DNA of 12,010 nt. Origin: a virus. The stretch lies in the IMG/VR virus record IMGVR_UViG_3300045988_152045, one strand, 5' to 3'. Positions 11,926 through 12,010 of the stretch are shown here, one piece after another. A model generated the notes under the pieces. It was not told the origin of the DNA. It worked only from the letters and a program-made list of their open reading frames with translations, and made no database searches. The position numbers and the translations under genes are program-made. How positions within the stretch are numbered: position 1 is the first letter of the stretch; every line of letters starts with the position of its first letter.

Positions 11926-12010
11926 ACATTGGTAACGTTTCCAAAACATCAAAAAATTTGGCACAAAATAATGCACAAAAATTGACACAAAATCAACACA
12001 AAATAATGCA
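11926..12010. repeat. Right inverted terminal repeat (ITR-R), 85 bp
   Basis: Perfect reverse complement of 1-85. Confidence 0.95.

Noticed and set aside
11980-12010. TTGACA hexamer inside the ITR as an outward-facing promoter
   Set aside because: No acceptable -10 follows at 16-18 nt, and transcription would run off the genome end. The hexamer is part of the ITR repeat pattern.

Overview
The window looks like a complete linear dsDNA genome of about 12.0 kb from a very small phi29-like podophage that replicates by protein priming. The host is probably a low-GC Gram-positive bacterium: AT-rich DNA (roughly 30% GC by eye), GTGAGGT-type Shine-Dalgarno sites, a GH73+CW_7 endolysin and a YvrJ-like protein. 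Positions 1-85 are the exact reverse complement of 11926-12010, forming 85-bp inverted terminal repeats. All credible genes are on the + strand and tightly packed. Left to right they are: a consensus early promoter, a 117-aa orphan, a small XRE-type HTH protein, a candidate terminal protein, a family-B protein-primed DNA polymerase, a gp16-like packaging ATPase, a YvrJ-like membrane protein, a gp10-like portal, two unknown proteins, the major capsid protein with a strong terminator, a small protein resembling the N-domain of the phi29 tail knob, a 555-aa tail or receptor-binding protein with two tandem 85-aa repeats, a GH73+CW_7 endolysin, and a right-end single-gene cassette with its own consensus promoter and terminator. 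The portal carries a C-terminal tail of about 105 aa made almost only of Glu and Thr. The points most worth follow-up are the ITR architecture (terminal 14-mer duplicated internally, helically phased TTTTGTG boxes), the poly(Glu-Thr) portal tail, three copies of an ATGTTTCACGTG palindromic box at predicted late-operon starts, and the twin promoter/leader cassettes at the two genome ends. All homology statements come from reading motifs by eye and from remembered family signatures, not from database searches.
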